Sequence record: DRR723986_1354
Direction: 5' to 3' (one strand)
DNA length: 45,884 bases
Positions 27,704-37,858 of the stretch are shown in pieces. The position numbers and the translations under genes are program-made. The notes under the pieces were generated by a model. That model saw only the letters and a list, made by a program, of their open reading frames with translations, was not told the origin of the DNA and searched no databases. How positions within the stretch are numbered: position 1 is the stretch's first letter; each line of letters starts with the position of its first letter.

Positions 27704-27957
27704 GGAATAATCCCCCGGGCCGACCGATCTGACAACCCGACGCTCGGCTCGGCCCCGGTGCCAGAACTCGCGGGGCCCCGCGCGGTCCGGGCGCAAGAAC
27801 AGCAGGAAGCACCCGCAAGGAACCGGCCCGTTCGAACGACATGCCCTTTTGCGTGCAAAGTCCCGTCACAGGTCCGGGCCACCATCAGAAAGGATTGGAC
27901 TCCGAACTTTTGTTCGCATAGCATTTTCATATCCATCCAAGAGGACTTCCCCCGATC

Positions 27958-28926
27958 ATGCTCCAGATCCTGCGCCCCGCCGCCATCGCCGGTCTTGTCG
28001 CCACGATGACCTGCACCATGGCCATGGCCGAAACCACGCTGCGCTTCGCGCATTTCTCGGTCGAGGACGATCCCAACCACCGCGCCATCGAAGCCCTTGC
28101 GGGCATGGTCGCCGATGCCACGGATGGCGAACTGGCGATCCGCATCTCGCCGAACTCGCAACTGGGCGGCGAGGTCGAAGTCGTCGAGGGCATCCTTCTG
28201 GGGACCATCGACATGGCGCCCCCGTCCGCTGCGGTGCTCGCCAACTGGGTGCCCGAGATGAACGTGCTGAACATGCCCTTCATCTTCCGCGACTGGGACC
28301 ATTACACCACCGTCCTGAACGGCCCGATCTTCGATGAACTCAGCGCCGCCGCCGCGCCCAAGGGCATCCGCCTGCTGGGCTTCATGACATCGGGGCCGCG
28401 TCATATCATGGGCCGGATGCCCGTCGCCTCGATCGAGGATCTGGCCGGGCGCAAGGTGCGGACGGTTCAGAACCCCGTCCACGTCGCGACCTTCAACGCC
28501 TTCGGGGCCAATGCCACGGCCATCGCCTATCCCGAAGTCTACAGCGCCCTGCAGACCGGCGTGGTCGACGGGGCCGATGCGGCCAACACCAACTACTACA
28601 CCCAGAAGTTCTACGAGGTCGCGCCCCATTGGGCGCAGGTGAGCTGGCTGTTCTACACCAACCCCATCGTCATTTCGGAACGCCGGTTCCAGAAGCTGAG
28701 CGAGACCGAACAAGAGGCGCTTCTGGCCGCCGGGCGGCAGGCGGGGCGCGATCAGCAGGCGGACTGGAAAGCCACGGACGCAAGCCTTCTGGACGTGCTG
28801 AAAGAGAACGGCGTCACCGTAACCACCCCGGATGCGGCCCCCTTCCGCGCCGCGGCCCAGCAGGTCTATGACGAGTTCCTCGCCACGGACGACCAGAAAA
28901 AGCTCCTGCAACTCATCATCGAGTGA
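27958..28926 (+). CDS. dctP: TRAP transporter substrate-binding protein
   Basis: Signal peptide; PNSQLGGE, MPFIFRD, DLAGRKVR, EVYSALQTGVVDG. Confidence 0.93.
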   Translation: MLQILRPAAIAGLVATMTCTMAMAETTLRFAHFSVEDDPNHRAIEALAGMVADATDGELAIRISPNSQLGGEVEVVEGILLGTIDMAPPSAAVLANWVPEMNVLNMPFIFRDWDHYTTVLNGPIFDELSAAAAPKGIRLLGFMTSGPRHIMGRMPVASIEDLAGRKVRTVQNPVHVATFNAFGANATAIAYPEVYSALQTGVVDGADAANTNYYTQKFYEVAPHWAQVSWLFYTNPIVISERRFQKLSETEQEALLAAGRQAGRDQQADWKATDASLLDVLKENGVTVTTPDAAPFRAAAQQVYDEFLATDDQKKLLQLIIE

Positions 28927-28938
28927 TTTCACGGCGTC

Positions 28939-29436
28939 ATGAAAACGGTGCTCTCGTCGATCCGCCGGATCTCTACCGGTATGGCCATCCTGTTCTACAG
29001 CTACATGGTTCTGGCCGTACTGGTGCAGGTTCTGGGCCGCTATGTCCTGCCGATCAACGTCGGCAACGCGGTCGAGACGGCGGCTTTCGCGCAGGTCTGG
29101 CTGGCCTGTATCGGCGCGGGCCTCGCCATGCGCCACGGGGCGGTCTTCGCGGTCGATGCCCTGCCCGCGATGCTGCCCCTGCGGCTGGCGCAGGCGGTGT
29201 CCGTGCTGATCGCGCTGGGGTCGCTGATCTTTCTCGCCGTGCTGATCTACGGCGGCACGATCCTTGTGCGGCAGGGGGTCTTCCAGACCTCTCCGACCCT
29301 GTTGCTGCCCATGTGGCCCGTCTTTGCCGCCGTTCCCGTCGGCATGGGGATCATGGCGATAGAGGTGGTCGCCCGCGTCTATGAGCGCTGGCACGAACCC
29401 TTCGGACAACTCGACGATCAGGCGGATGTGGCATGA
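28939..29436 (+). CDS. dctQ: TRAP transporter small permease
   Basis: Four TM segments, QVLGRYVL; located between dctP and dctM. Confidence 0.88.
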   Translation: MKTVLSSIRRISTGMAILFYSYMVLAVLVQVLGRYVLPINVGNAVETAAFAQVWLACIGAGLAMRHGAVFAVDALPAMLPLRLAQAVSVLIALGSLIFLAVLIYGGTILVRQGVFQTSPTLLLPMWPVFAAVPVGMGIMAIEVVARVYERWHEPFGQLDDQADVA

Positions 29437-30716
29437 GCCTGTTTGGCGGGATGGCCCTGTTGCTACTGGCCACAGGCGTGCCGATCTTCTTCGTCCTCGG
29501 CCTGACCGCCCTCGTGGCGGTCATACAGGCGGACCTGCCGCTGGTCCTGCTGGCGCACCGGTTCTACTCGGGGCTGAACAGCTTCACCCTGATGGCGATC
29601 CCCTTCTTCATCCTCGCCGGCCTTCTGATGGATGCCGGCGGGCTGTCGCGACGGATCGTGGATTTCTCCATGGCGCTGATCGGCTGGGTCACCGGCAGCC
29701 TGCTGATGGTCGCGATCGTCGCCGCCACGGCTCTGGCGGCCATGTCCGGATCGGGCAGCGCCGATACGGCGGCGGTCTCGGCGGTGCTGCAACCCGAGTT
29801 GCGCAGGCGCGGCTACAACGTCGATTTCGCCGCGGCGCTGATCTCCGTCTCGGGCACGCTGGCGCAGGTGATCCCGCCCAGCCTGATGCTGGTGCTGATC
29901 GGGGTCATCAACAACCAATCCATCGGCGCGCTGTTCATGGCCGGGATCCTGCCCGGGCTTCTGGTGCTGCCGGGGCTGTTCTTCATCGCCTATCGCCATG
30001 CCGCGAAGGGCGGGCCGCAATACCGCGCCACCGAACGCTTCGATCTGCGCCTGCTCGGCCGGCGCTTCGTGCTGGCGATCCCCGCCTTCGGGCTGGCGGT
30101 CATCATCATGGGCGGCATCCTCGGAGGCATCTTCACCGCGACCGAAGCGGCCGGCGTGGCCGTCGGCTACGCGCTTTTCGTCGGAGCCTTCGTCTACCGG
30201 GAACTGACGTGGGCGCGGCTCTGGAAGGCCATGGCGCAGGCCAGCGCCTTCACCTCCGGCATCCTGATCCTCGTCGCCGCGGCGACGACCTTCAACTGGC
30301 TGATCGCCGATGCCGGGGTGCCGCGGCAGATCGCCGACTGGTTCACCGCCAACGTCGACGACGTCTGGACCTTCCTGCTGATCGTCAACGTCCTGCTGAT
30401 GGGGCTGGGCATGGTGATGGAGAGCCTTGCCATCATCCTGCTGCTCAGCCCGATCCTGCTGCCCATCGCCACGGGCTACGGGCTGGACCCGATCCATTTC
30501 AGCGTGGTGGTCGTGTTCAACTGCGCCATTGGCATGGTCACGCCGCCCCTCGGAGGCGCGGTCTTCGTGGCCGCCACCATCGCGCGACGGCCCTTCCTTG
30601 CGGTGGTGCGCCATGTGCTGAAGCCATGGGCCTGGATGACGGTCGTCCTGCTGCTGATCGCCTTCATCCCCGGGATTTCCCTTCTGCTGCCGGGGCTTGC
30701 GGGATACATGGATTGA
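29433..30716 (+). CDS. dctM: TRAP transporter large permease
   Basis: LMAIPFFILAG, SGSGSAD, IPPS, GIFTATEAA, IGMVTPPLG. Confidence 0.95.
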   Translation: MSLFGGMALLLLATGVPIFFVLGLTALVAVIQADLPLVLLAHRFYSGLNSFTLMAIPFFILAGLLMDAGGLSRRIVDFSMALIGWVTGSLLMVAIVAATALAAMSGSGSADTAAVSAVLQPELRRRGYNVDFAAALISVSGTLAQVIPPSLMLVLIGVINNQSIGALFMAGILPGLLVLPGLFFIAYRHAAKGGPQYRATERFDLRLLGRRFVLAIPAFGLAVIIMGGILGGIFTATEAAGVAVGYALFVGAFVYRELTWARLWKAMAQASAFTSGILILVAAATTFNWLIADAGVPRQIADWFTANVDDVWTFLLIVNVLLMGLGMVMESLAIILLLSPILLPIATGYGLDPIHFSVVVVFNCAIGMVTPPLGGAVFVAATIARRPFLAVVRHVLKPWAWMTVVLLLIAFIPGISLLLPGLAGYMD

Positions 30717-30838
30717 CCGCGCGACGGGCCTGACCGCACCGAGGTGTCCTGCGGAAGCCTTGGAAGCGCGGCGCGTACCTCCTGTGCCCCCGCCTTTAAC
30801 TGAAGGCGGACCCCCGGGGCCCTGCGGGGCCAGCGGCG

Positions 30839-31696
30839 TCATGGCCAGTCGGCGAAAGAGACCTCTTTCTGCATCGTCTCGTAGACCGGCGTGTAGGTCC
30901 GGCGAAACTGCGCCGGGGGCAGCCGCTCGTTCCGGCGGAAGAACCGCCCGAAATAGGCCGCATCGCTGAAGCCCAGACGGTAGGCCACCTCCGAGACCTG
31001 AAGGTTCGTCGTCACCAGCAGCGCCTTGGCCTCTTCCATCAGGCGGCGCTGGAGATGCTGGTGCGGGGCAATGCCGATCGCCCGCTTCACGGCGTCCGTC
31101 AGGCGGTCGCGGGTCACGCCGATGCGCCCGGCGTATTCCTCTATGGTCCAGTGGTTCTGAAGGTGCAGCTCCACCAGCGTCAGGAAGCTGTCGGAAATCC
31201 GATGCGGCTGCAGGTCGCGCGATTGCCGCACGGGTCCGGAGGCCCGCCAGATTTCCAGCAGCAGCAGCGCCACGCAATGATGCAGCACGGCGTCGGCCCC
31301 GGCCCGGTCCTCGTGCAGTTCGAGTTCGATCCTGTCGAAGCCCGTGGCGACCGCTGTCGCATGGATCTGCGGCACATCCGCGAGAAAGATCCGCCGGCTG
31401 ACGACCTCGCGCACATGCGACGACAGCGCGTCCCTTGGCAGGGCGCGCCCGATGGCACGCTCGGGCAGGCGCAGGATGCTGCCGCGGGCCCCTGCGGCAA
31501 GAGCGATCTTCGTGGTCCACCCGCTGGGCGCCCAGATCAGGCAGGGCGCCACGATCTCGCGCTCGACCTCTTCCGACAGGAACGTGCCGCGCCCCGCGAC
31601 CAGCAAGAGCAGCACCGCGCGGTCGCCGGTGGTCGTGAATTCGGTGTTGGTCAGCGCGCTGCGGATGCGCTCTGCCTGAATCGTCTTGCGCTCCAT
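30839..31696 (-). CDS. AraC family transcriptional regulator (aromatic-responsive PobR/HpaA-like)
   Basis: HWTIEEYAGRIGVT and VSEVAYRLGFSDAAYFGRFF; divergent from the ABC operon. Confidence 0.88.
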   Translation of the reverse strand: MERKTIQAERIRSALTNTEFTTTGDRAVLLLLVAGRGTFLSEEVEREIVAPCLIWAPSGWTTKIALAAGARGSILRLPERAIGRALPRDALSSHVREVVSRRIFLADVPQIHATAVATGFDRIELELHEDRAGADAVLHHCVALLLLEIWRASGPVRQSRDLQPHRISDSFLTLVELHLQNHWTIEEYAGRIGVTRDRLTDAVKRAIGIAPHQHLQRRLMEEAKALLVTTNLQVSEVAYRLGFSDAAYFGRFFRRNERLPPAQFRRTYTPVYETMQKEVSFADWP

Positions 31697-31867
31697 GCCC
31701 GCCCCTTTTGGAGATACCCGCAAAAGTACCATTCATTCCTCAAAATGTCTATTCCGACATCTTGCGGACCTGCCTAATCTACAGGCACGCCGCGCATTGG
31801 AGGATGCTCGGCCCGCGGGTTCGGCAAGGCCTCAGTCCCTTGCACGCCGCAACAAGGGAGGATTACC

Positions 31868-33106
31868 ATGACGCAGTCACTACCGCAGGCCGCACGCGCG
31901 GTCTGCCGCCGCTCCGCGATGCTTGCAGCCATCGCGGCCCTGTCCGTCGCGGCGCCCATGGCGCTTGCGCAGTCGGATGAAACCGTCACCATCGGCTATG
32001 CCGTGTCCAAGTCCGGCCCGAACGCGGGCGGATCGGACATGACCGTCACGCCCAATTACGAACTCTGGGTCGAAGAGGTGAACGCCGCCGGTGGGCTTAC
32101 CCTGCCCGACGGCAGCCAGCGCAGGATCGAGGTCATCGCCTATGACGACCGCTCTTCCGCCGAAGAGGTGGTGCGCGCCGTCGAACGTCTGGCCACGCAG
32201 GACGAGGTCGACTTCATCCTGCCGCCGTGGGGCACCGGGTTCAACCTCGCCGTCGCGCCGCTGATGGCCAAGTTCGGCTATCCGCATCTTGCGGGGGCCG
32301 CGGTGACCGACAAGGCGCCCGAGTTCGTCAAGCGCTGGGACACCAGCTTCTGGTTCATGGGCGGCAGCGGCGACTACGTCGACGCCTTGACGGAGATCCT
32401 CGTGGCACAGCGCGACGCGGGGGCGATCAACGACAAGATCGCCATGATCTCTGTCGCGGACGGCTTTGGCATCGACCTCGTGAAAGCCGCGCGTCCCGCC
32501 TTCGAAGAGGCCGGGTTCGACATCAGCTACGACAAGACCTTCCCGCCGGAAACCTCTGATTTCGCGACCATCCTCGGCGAGGCTGGCAATGCGGAGGCGG
32601 ATACCTTCGTGGCCTTCAGCTACCCACCGCACACCTTCGCGCTGACCAAGCAGGCCAAAGTCGCGGGCTTCAACCCGCCGGTCTTCTACCTTGGCGTGGG
32701 GGCAGGTTTCCCGGTCTATCCGCAGATCGCCGGAGGCTCTGTCGAGGGCGTCATGTCGCTGGGCGGGATCGACCCGGACAACGCGCTGAACGCAGCCTAC
32801 CGTGCCAAGCACGAAGAGGTGCTCGGGCGGGCGCCGGATTACTGGGGCTCCGTTCTGGTCTATGCCTCGCTGCAGATGCTGGCCCAGTCGATCGAGCGCG
32901 TCGGTCTCGACAAGGCCGCCGTTGCCGAGGAACTGTCCACCGGCACCTTCGCCACCGTGCTGGGCGACGAAACCCGGCTGGAGGACAACCAGCTGCGCGC
33001 GATCAATTGGGTCGGCCAGTGGCAGGACGGGCAGTTCGTCGCCGTCTCGCCAGAGGGGGGCGACGGCATGGCCGCCGTCAAGCTGCCCAAGCCCGACTGG
33101 GATTGA
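31868..33106 (+). CDS. HAAT (branched-chain-type) ABC transporter substrate-binding protein, probably for aromatic compounds
   Basis: Signal peptide; WVEEVNAAGGL, YDDRSS, VDFILPPWGTG; adjacent to liv-type permeases. Confidence 0.9.
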   Translation: MTQSLPQAARAVCRRSAMLAAIAALSVAAPMALAQSDETVTIGYAVSKSGPNAGGSDMTVTPNYELWVEEVNAAGGLTLPDGSQRRIEVIAYDDRSSAEEVVRAVERLATQDEVDFILPPWGTGFNLAVAPLMAKFGYPHLAGAAVTDKAPEFVKRWDTSFWFMGGSGDYVDALTEILVAQRDAGAINDKIAMISVADGFGIDLVKAARPAFEEAGFDISYDKTFPPETSDFATILGEAGNAEADTFVAFSYPPHTFALTKQAKVAGFNPPVFYLGVGAGFPVYPQIAGGSVEGVMSLGGIDPDNALNAAYRAKHEEVLGRAPDYWGSVLVYASLQMLAQSIERVGLDKAAVAEELSTGTFATVLGDETRLEDNQLRAINWVGQWQDGQFVAVSPEGGDGMAAVKLPKPDWD

Positions 33107-33120
33107 GCCAGACCTTGCAA

Positions 33121-33145
33121 GAGGGAGGCGCGCGCCGCCTCCCTC
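33121..33145 (+). other. Intercistronic stem-loop after the binding-protein gene
   Basis: GAGGGAGGCG-cgcgc-CGCCTCCCTC, a perfect 10-bp stem. Confidence 0.6.
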
Positions 33146-33166
33146 ATCAGACCGAACCGGAATCCC

Positions 33167-34030
33167 ATGCTTGAACATATCGTCAACGGGCTCGTGCTCG
33201 GCGGCACCTACGCGCTTGTCGCGATGGGGCTGACCATCCAGTACGGCATCGCCCGGATCATGAACCTTGGCTTCGGCGACACGATCATCGCCGCCTGCTT
33301 CGCCACCTACCTGCTGTTCACGGCGCTGAACGTCGGTCCGCTGCTGGCCCTGCTGGTGCTGGTGCCCGCCGGATACGTCATCAGCCTTGGCATCTACCGC
33401 GTCATCATGAAGCCGCTGGTGGATCGGGCGCCCGACGATGGCGCGCTGGAGGTGGACAGCATCCTCGTGACCTTCGGCCTGCTCTTCGTGATCCAGGGCG
33501 TGCTGCTGACGATCTTCGGGGGCGGTTACACCAGCTACAGCTTCCTCAACCAGCCGGTCGACGTGCTGGGCACCGCCGTGGCCGCCAACCGCCTGCTGGC
33601 GCTGGCGCTGTCCTTGGGGATCGGTGCCGTGCTGGTTCTGGTGCTCTACCGCAGCCGCTGGGGCATGATCCTGCGCGCCGTGGCCGTGGCCCCGCAAAGC
33701 GCACCGCTCTTCGGGATCGACACCGATCGCGCCGCGCGCACCGCCTTTGCCATGGGCGGCGCACTGGCCGCGACCGGGGGCGTGGTGCTGTCGATGTTCC
33801 AGACCTTCACCGCCACCGGAGGCGTGGTCTTTACCATGAAGGCGCTGATCGTGGTGATCCTTGGCGGCAAGGGCAGCGTCCCCGGCGCGATCATCGCGGG
33901 CCTGCTGCTGGGGCTCGTCGAGACCTTCGTCGCCGCCTACATCGACCCCGGGCTGACGCTGGCGGCGGTCTACACCGTCTTCCTCGCGCTGCTTCTGGTG
34001 CGGCCCAACGGCCTGTTCGGAAAGGCGTGA
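33167..34030 (+). CDS. ABC transporter permease (LivH-like)
   Basis: NGLVLGGTYALVAMGLT, ILGGKGS, VRPNGLFG. Confidence 0.92.
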   Translation: MLEHIVNGLVLGGTYALVAMGLTIQYGIARIMNLGFGDTIIAACFATYLLFTALNVGPLLALLVLVPAGYVISLGIYRVIMKPLVDRAPDDGALEVDSILVTFGLLFVIQGVLLTIFGGGYTSYSFLNQPVDVLGTAVAANRLLALALSLGIGAVLVLVLYRSRWGMILRAVAVAPQSAPLFGIDTDRAARTAFAMGGALAATGGVVLSMFQTFTATGGVVFTMKALIVVILGGKGSVPGAIIAGLLLGLVETFVAAYIDPGLTLAAVYTVFLALLLVRPNGLFGKA

Positions 34031-34947
34031 CGATGAAACCGATTCAAGCCCTCCCGCTTGCCGCGCTGATCCTTGCCACGCTGGCCGCCGCGCCCCTCTT
34101 CGTGCCCGACTACTGGACCGGCGTGCTGCTGGGGATGACGGGCTATGTCACCCTTGCCACCGCATGGGCGCTGTTCTCGGGCCCGACCCGTTACGTCTCG
34201 CTCGCCACGGTCGCCTTCTTCGGCGTCGGCGCCTATACGGTCGCCGTCCTGAACGAGGTCCTGCCCTATCCGCTCGTCCTGCTCTGCGCCGCCGGGATCG
34301 GCGCGGTCATGGCACTGGTGGTCGGGCTGTCGACGCTGCGGCTGGCGGGTGTCTACTTCGTCATCTTCACCTTCGGGCTGGCCGAACTGGTGCGCCAGAC
34401 CGTCAGCTGGTGGGAGGTCAACGTGACCTACACCATGGGGCGCTACGTCTTCCTGCCCTTCGAAGGCCGCCACATCTACTGGCAACTGCTGGCCCTGGCC
34501 GCGGTGACGCTGCTGATCTCATGGGGGATCGGGCGCTCGCGCCTCGGGCTGGCGCTGAAGGCCATCGGCGACGACGAGACCGTGGCCGCCCATGCCGGGA
34601 TCGACGTGACGCGGGTCAAGCTGCTGCTGTTCGTGATCTCGGCCACGCTCATCACCCTGACCGGCGCGATACAGGCGCCGCGCTGGACCTATATCGAGCC
34701 CTCCATCGTCTTCAATCCGACCGTCTCCTTCATGACGCTCATCATGGCGCTCTTGGGCGGGGCCATGCGGCTCTGGGGGCCGCTCGTGGGGGCGATCCCG
34801 CTGTTCCTGCTCTTCGAATGGCTCTCGGTCAGCTTCCCCGATCACTTCTCGATCATCCTCGGGCTGCTGTTCATCGTCATCGTCTTCGTCATGCCGCAGG
34901 GCGTGCTGGCCAAGATCGAAGACCTGCGCAACGGAGGTCGAGCATGA
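34027..34947 (+). CDS. ABC transporter permease (LivM-like)
   Basis: LRLAGVYF, SRLGLALKAIGDDE, LLGG..LWGPLVGA, MPQG. Confidence 0.92.
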   Translation: MTMKPIQALPLAALILATLAAAPLFVPDYWTGVLLGMTGYVTLATAWALFSGPTRYVSLATVAFFGVGAYTVAVLNEVLPYPLVLLCAAGIGAVMALVVGLSTLRLAGVYFVIFTFGLAELVRQTVSWWEVNVTYTMGRYVFLPFEGRHIYWQLLALAAVTLLISWGIGRSRLGLALKAIGDDETVAAHAGIDVTRVKLLLFVISATLITLTGAIQAPRWTYIEPSIVFNPTVSFMTLIMALLGGAMRLWGPLVGAIPLFLLFEWLSVSFPDHFSIILGLLFIVIVFVMPQGVLAKIEDLRNGGRA

Positions 34948-35672
34948 GCGCAGAGTTGCATCTGACCGGCCTGCACAAGCGGTTCGGCGGGCTGGTGGCG
35001 GTGAAGGATGTCTCTTTCACGCTGGCCCCGGGCGAGGTGGTGGGGCTTCTGGGGCCGAACGGTTCCGGCAAGACCACGGTGATGAACATGATCTCGGGCG
35101 CTCTGCCCTGCGATGGCGGCCGGGTGCGCGTGAACGACACCGACATCACCCGGATGAAACCGCATCAGGTCGCCCGTCGGGGCGTGGCGCGGACGTTCCA
35201 GCTTGTGCGCCCGCTGCCGACGCTGACGGTGGGCGAGAACGTCCTTCTCTCTCTCGCCTTCGGCCACAAGCGGCACTGGGGCCGCGAGGCGCGGGCGCTG
35301 GTGGACGAAAAGCTCGCCTTCGTCGGGCTCGAGGGGCGCGGCGACGAAGCGGTCGCCAACCTGACCTACATCGACCAGAAACGCATGGAGATGGCCCGCG
35401 CGCTGGCCTCGGAACCAGAGATCCTTCTGCTGGACGAATGGCTTGCCGGGCTGAACCCATCGGAACTGAAGATCGGCATCGACCTCGTCCGGCACCTGCA
35501 GGGGGAAGGCATGACCGTGCTTCTGGTCGAGCACATCATGGAAGCGGTGCGCGCCCTGTGTTCGCGCTGCATCGTGATGAGCGCCGGCGAGGTGATCGCC
35601 GAAGGCGCGACGCAGGACGTGCTGGCCCAACCCGCCGTGATCAAGGCCTACCTCGGAGACGACCATGCTTGA
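34944..35672 (+). CDS. ABC transporter ATPase (LivG-like)
   Basis: KRFGGLVAV, Walker A GPNGSGKT, RTFQ, LLLDEWLAGL, AYLG; ATG 34944 follows GGAGG. Confidence 0.93.
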   Translation: MSAELHLTGLHKRFGGLVAVKDVSFTLAPGEVVGLLGPNGSGKTTVMNMISGALPCDGGRVRVNDTDITRMKPHQVARRGVARTFQLVRPLPTLTVGENVLLSLAFGHKRHWGREARALVDEKLAFVGLEGRGDEAVANLTYIDQKRMEMARALASEPEILLLDEWLAGLNPSELKIGIDLVRHLQGEGMTVLLVEHIMEAVRALCSRCIVMSAGEVIAEGATQDVLAQPAVIKAYLGDDHA

Positions 35673-36375
35673 ACTGGCCAATCTGACGGTGCGCTACGGC
35701 AAGCATCTGGCCGTGGACGCGGTGGACCTGACCGTCGCGCCCGGCGAGATCGTCGTGGTGCTGGGCGCGAATGGCGCGGGCAAATCCTCGCTTCTGAAGG
35801 GCGCGGCCGGCATGGTCCCGCGCGCCGCCGGGTCGGTGCGTCTGAACGGCGCCTCGCTGGACGGCCTGCCCGCGCACCGTCTGCCCGACGCCGGGCTGGC
35901 GCTGGTGCCCGAGGGGCGCGGCATGGTCGGGCCGATGACCGTAGAGGAGAACCTGCGCCTTGGTGCGACCCCGGCCCGGGCCCGCGCCTTGGAGGAACAG
36001 ACGCTGGCGCAGGTCTTCGACATCTTCCCGAGGCTGAAGGAGCGGCGCGGCCAGATCCTGCGCACCATGTCCGGCGGGGAACAGCAAATGGCCGCGGTGG
36101 GGCGGGCCATGATGTCGAAACCGGAGTTTCTGCTGCTGGACGAGCCGAGCCTCGGGCTGGCGCCGATCATCGTGGGCGATCTCTTCCGGGCCTTGGCAAA
36201 GGTCCGCGACACCGGGGTCGGCCTGCTGATCGTCGAGCAGAACGTGACCATCAGCCTGCGCAACGCCGAACGCGGCTACCTGCTGGAGGCCGGGCGGATC
36301 ACCGGCTCTGGCACGGCGCAGCAGCTGATGCAGGACAACGCGGTGCAAAACGCCTTTCTGGGCGGCACCGCATGA
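35665..36375 (+). CDS. ABC transporter ATPase (LivF-like)
   Basis: GANGAGKS, VPEGR, FPRLKER, MSGGEQQM, LLDEPSLGLAP. Confidence 0.94.
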   Translation: MLELANLTVRYGKHLAVDAVDLTVAPGEIVVVLGANGAGKSSLLKGAAGMVPRAAGSVRLNGASLDGLPAHRLPDAGLALVPEGRGMVGPMTVEENLRLGATPARARALEEQTLAQVFDIFPRLKERRGQILRTMSGGEQQMAAVGRAMMSKPEFLLLDEPSLGLAPIIVGDLFRALAKVRDTGVGLLIVEQNVTISLRNAERGYLLEAGRITGSGTAQQLMQDNAVQNAFLGGTA

Positions 36376-36397
36376 CTTACGCGAACGGAGCAAGACA

Positions 36398-37849
36398 ATG
36401 ACCGTACTGGATCTTTTGATCGCCGGGGATAAGCGCGCGGCCGAGGGCGGGCGCACCTTCACCCGCAGGAACCCCCTCACGGGCGAGGTCGCCACGGAGG
36501 CCGCCGCCGCCACCCTTGGGGATGCGGTCGCCGCCGCGGATGCCGCCGCCGCCGCCTTTCCGGCATGGGCAGAGACCGGCCCGGGGCAACGCCGCGCCGT
36601 GCTGATGGCCGCCGCCGACGCCCTCGAGGCGCGCAAGGATGACATCACCGGGGCCATGGCCGCGGAACTGGGGGCCACCGCGGCTTGGGCCGGGTTCAAC
36701 GTGATGCTGGCCGCGGGCATGTTGCGCGAGGCCGCCGCCATGACCACCATGATCAAGGGAGAGATCATCCCGTCGAACCGCCCCGGCTCCATGGCGATGG
36801 CGATCCGCCAGCCGGCGGGCGTGGTGCTGTCGATGGCGCCGTGGAACGCGCCGGTGATCCTTGGCGTGCGCTCCATCGCCATGCCGCTGGCCTGCGGCAA
36901 TACGGTGGTCATGAAATCCTCGGAACTCAGCCCGCGCACCCATGCGCTGATCGTCGAGGCCATGCAGGAGGGCGGCCTGCCGCCCGGGGTGCTCAACGTC
37001 ATCTCCAACGCTCCGGAGGATGCCGCGGAGATCGTCGAAGCGCTGATTGGCCACGCCGCCGTGCGCCGGGTGAACTTCACCGGATCGACCCGCGTGGGCC
37101 GGATCATCGCCAAGCTCGCCGCCGAGCATCTGAAACCGGCGCTGCTGGAACTGGGCGGCAAGGCCCCGATGGTCGTGCTGGACGACGCCGATCTGGACAA
37201 GGCCACCGCGGCGGCTGCCTTCGGCGCCTACATGAACCAGGGCCAGATCTGCATGTCGACCGAACGGCTCATCGTGCACGAGGCCGTGGCCGATGCCTTC
37301 GTCGAGAAGCTGGGCGAGAAGGTGCGCTCCATGGCGGTCGGCGATCCGCGCCGGGGCGACACGCCGCTGGGCTGCGTCGTGGACAAGACCGCCGTGGACC
37401 GCATCCTGCGACTGGTCCGCGACGCCGAGGACAAGGGCGCGACCATCGTGGCGGGGGGCCATGCGGACGGCGTCCTGATGCAGGCGACACTGCTCGACCA
37501 CGTCACGCCGTCGATGCGGATCTACACCGAAGAAAGCTTTGGTCCGACCGCCTCCATCGTCCGGGTCGGCAGCATAGACGAGGCGGTGCGGGTGGCCAAT
37601 GACACCGAATACGGCCTGTCGGCGAGCGTCTTCGGCGAGAACACCCAGCGCGCCATGGCGGTGGCGCGGCGCATCGAAAGCGGGATCTGCCACATCAACG
37701 GCCCCACCGTGCATGACGAGGCGCAGATGCCCTTCGGCGGGGTCAAGGCCTCGGGCTACGGGCGCTTCGGCGGCACGGCGGCCATAGAGGAATTCACCAC
37801 GCTGCGCTGGATCACCGTTCAGGATGGCCAGCCGCATTATCCGATCTGA
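36398..37849 (+). CDS. Aromatic aldehyde dehydrogenase (vanillin/salicylaldehyde dehydrogenase-like)
   Basis: APWNAP, FTGST, ELGGK, catalytic NQGQICMSTER, EESFGP, HDEAQMPFGGVKASGYGRFGG. Confidence 0.88.
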   Translation: MTVLDLLIAGDKRAAEGGRTFTRRNPLTGEVATEAAAATLGDAVAAADAAAAAFPAWAETGPGQRRAVLMAAADALEARKDDITGAMAAELGATAAWAGFNVMLAAGMLREAAAMTTMIKGEIIPSNRPGSMAMAIRQPAGVVLSMAPWNAPVILGVRSIAMPLACGNTVVMKSSELSPRTHALIVEAMQEGGLPPGVLNVISNAPEDAAEIVEALIGHAAVRRVNFTGSTRVGRIIAKLAAEHLKPALLELGGKAPMVVLDDADLDKATAAAAFGAYMNQGQICMSTERLIVHEAVADAFVEKLGEKVRSMAVGDPRRGDTPLGCVVDKTAVDRILRLVRDAEDKGATIVAGGHADGVLMQATLLDHVTPSMRIYTEESFGPTASIVRVGSIDEAVRVANDTEYGLSASVFGENTQRAMAVARRIESGICHINGPTVHDEAQMPFGGVKASGYGRFGGTAAIEEFTTLRWITVQDGQPHYPI

Positions 37850-37858
37850 GGGCCCGCG

